The notes beneath the pieces are model-generated. The model was not told the DNA's origin, searched no databases, and was given only the letters and a program-made list of their open reading frames with translations. Below are positions 44,759-46,378 of a stretch of 46,378 nucleotides of DNA, in pieces. Source of the stretch: a virus (taxonomy: Duplodnaviria; Caudoviricetes); the IMG/VR virus record IMGVR_UViG_3300033109_000079, positions 1 to 46,378 of that record; one strand, given 5' to 3'. How positions within the stretch are numbered: position 1 is the stretch's first letter; each line of letters begins with the position of its first letter. The translations under genes were made by a program, and so were the position numbers.

Positions 44759-46161
44759 GCCCGCGCTCCCAATCGTTCGACGGCGACCTCATCGAAGGTC
44801 TGCCCGGTGGCCACCAGGGTCACCGGCACGTCGGGGAAGTTCTGCTGGAAGCGCTTGACCGTCACGTCAACGTACTCGGGCGCGATCTCCGTTGCCCGGG
44901 TCACTCGCCCGGTACGCTGCGCGGCAAGGATCGTGGTGCCCGAGCCGCAGAAGGGTTCGAAGACGAGTTCGCCGGCATCGGTGTAGGACTCCAGGATGAA
45001 CTGGGGCAGTGCCACCGGGAAAACCGCCGGGTGGTCGATGTCCTGCCCGATCTTGCCCTTGTGCCGCATGATGCGAATCACCGAGTCGGGAATGCGGAAA
45101 TCCTGGGTGACGGTACCAACGTGGTTCCACGCTGTTTTGCTGCCGTCCTTGTTGCGCATGCCACCGGCGCTGGTGCCGTCGCCGCGCAGATGGGTATCGC
45201 GCCCGGCGTAGATGCAGGGCACGATCTTGTTGGGGCGGCGCGCCTCGCTGTCCTTCCGGTTGAAGTGAAAGACGAATTCGAAGGCGGGCGCGAGCCGACC
45301 GTTCCAATCGCCGGGCAACCCCGGCCCCTGATCCCAGACGTACCAGGCGAAACGCCGCCAACCCTGGGTGCGCATCCAGTCGAGCCAGGCATCCCAGTAC
45401 GGGACGACTTCCTGCTCGCGGTGGATCAGCCCGAGATTGACCAGCACCTGACCGGTCGGGGCCATCGGCAGCTGGGCGAAGACGCCGCGCATCAGTGCAT
45501 CCCAGTCGATGATGGTGTTCGTGTAGTCGCGCTGGTTGCCGTAGGGCGGCGAGGTGAAGCAGAGCGCCGCCTGCTCGCCAGCCATCAGGGCCGCAATCAC
45601 CCCGGCGTCGGCACCGTCGCCACAGATGACGCGATGCGCACCCAGCTGCCAGACATCACCAGGCCGGGAGACAGGCGTCGCCGGAGTGGCCGGCACGTCG
45701 TCGGCCGCATCGGACTCGTCGCTCTCCTGCTCGTCGCCGGCTTCGTCGCCAACCGCGACGTCTGTGGCGAGCAATTCCTCGATCTCGGCATCGTCGAAGC
45801 CAGTGAGCGCGAGGTCGTACCCCGCCTCGGACAGCTCGGCCAGTTCCAGCGCCAGCATTGCGTCGTCCCATCCGGCATCGAGCGCCAGGCGGTTGTCGGA
45901 AATCACGTAGGCGCGCTTCTGTGTGGGTGACAGGTGAGCCAGTTCGATGACCGGCACTTCGGTCAGCTCCAATTTGCGCGCTGCCGCCAGCCGACCGTGG
46001 CCGGCGATGATGCCGTTCTCGCCGTCCACCAGGATCGGATTCGTCCAGCCGTACTCGACGATGCTGGCGGCGATCTTGGCCACCTGCTCGTCAGTGTGCG
46101 TCCTCGGATTCCGGGCGTAGGGGATCAGCGTCTCGACCTTGCGGTACTCGACGTTGAGCAT
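44755..46161 (-). CDS. ParB-like N-terminal domain + DNA methyltransferase (SPPY type)
   Basis: PYARNPRTH...GWTNPIL...AGHGRL...SDNRL, then FTSPPY, HPAVFP and EPFCGSGTT. Start set at ATG 46161. Confidence 0.9.
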   Translation of the reverse strand: MLNVEYRKVETLIPYARNPRTHTDEQVAKIAASIVEYGWTNPILVDGENGIIAGHGRLAAARKLELTEVPVIELAHLSPTQKRAYVISDNRLALDAGWDDAMLALELAELSEAGYDLALTGFDDAEIEELLATDVAVGDEAGDEQESDESDAADDVPATPATPVSRPGDVWQLGAHRVICGDGADAGVIAALMAGEQAALCFTSPPYGNQRDYTNTIIDWDALMRGVFAQLPMAPTGQVLVNLGLIHREQEVVPYWDAWLDWMRTQGWRRFAWYVWDQGPGLPGDWNGRLAPAFEFVFHFNRKDSEARRPNKIVPCIYAGRDTHLRGDGTSAGGMRNKDGSKTAWNHVGTVTQDFRIPDSVIRIMRHKGKIGQDIDHPAVFPVALPQFILESYTDAGELVFEPFCGSGTTILAAQRTGRVTRATEIAPEYVDVTVKRFQQNFPDVPVTLVATGQTFDEVAVERLGARA

Positions 46162-46178
46162 ATTCAGTTCGGGTTTCC

Positions 46179-46280
46179 AAAAAAGGTGCGGCCCGGACGG
46201 GTGAAAGGAGGAAAGCCCCGTCACGGGCCGCGAGGGTCGCTGCTGCGGTAGAAACTAAAAGGCCCGCGCAGTGGCGGGCC
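46179..46280 (-). terminator. Two tandem terminator-like hairpins in the late leader
   Basis: Stem GGCCCGC/GCGGGCC (46261-46280) followed by TTTT, and a 14-bp bulged stem (46188-46231) followed by ACCTTTTTT, both on the minus strand. Confidence 0.5.
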
Positions 46281-46293
46281 GGTAGGACTGGGG

Positions 46294-46328
46294 TGCAAAC
46301 CTGCAAACCCTGCAAACCTCGGTTTGCA
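46294..46328. repeat. TGCAAACC x3 direct plus one inverted copy (candidate terminase small-subunit binding sites)
   Basis: TGCAAACC at 46294, 46302 and 46311, with GGTTTGCA at 46321. Confidence 0.8.
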
Positions 46329-46336
46329 GTTTGACG

Positions 46337-46367
46337 CTAGCGAAATGCCGCGCTCGCGCCCCCCGCA
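46337..46367 (-). other. Lambda-like cosN candidate
   Basis: Minus strand TGCGGGGGGCGCGAGCGCGGCATTTCGCTAG compared with lambda TACGGGGCGGCGACCTCGCGGGTTTTCGCTAT. It lies upstream of gpA-type terminase genes. Confidence 0.6.
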
Positions 46368-46378
46368 TGGGATTTTGG

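Larger units (their letters stand above)
1237..46378. mobile_element. Prophage (lambda-like head, non-contractile tail) with defence cargo; continues beyond the right edge
   Basis: Contiguous terminase-portal-protease-decoration-capsid-tail-lysis module, with a tRNA fragment at the left boundary. Including 1266-18633 in the prophage is an inference. Confidence 0.8.

Overview
GC-rich, proteobacterial-looking window (Betaproteobacteria is a guess) that is almost entirely one integrated temperate siphophage. Bases 1-1095 hold two host envelope genes. At 1237-1265 there is an orphan tRNA 3'-end fragment followed by its terminator, the likely left attachment site. Bases 1402-18665 are a ~17 kb defence-type cargo island. 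It has a HEPN RNase plus a sacsin-like GHKL ATPase/DUF3883 nuclease on the minus strand. These diverge from a coupled operon of HTH regulator, UvrD helicase-nuclease, Type III-like Mod and Res-like helicase/endonuclease. A Dna2-like nuclease-helicase and a convergent orphan methyltransferase follow. Bases 18634-46161 are a minus-strand lambda-like late region read right to left: two ParB-methyltransferase fusions, terminase, two fibre-like genes, gpW, portal, S49 protease, decoration protein, major capsid, head-tail connectors, tail tube, probably frameshifted chaperones, tape measure, tail-tip genes and lysis genes. It is interrupted by a plus-strand pRiA4b ORF3 moron and by four small plus-strand genes, each preceded by the same 31-bp motif (GCTTGGCTTC-N6-GAACAGCGCGTTCAT). 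A lambda cos-like sequence with TGCAAACC repeats lies at the right edge. No integrase, repressor or replication genes are in the window. Family names come from motif recognition, not database searches.
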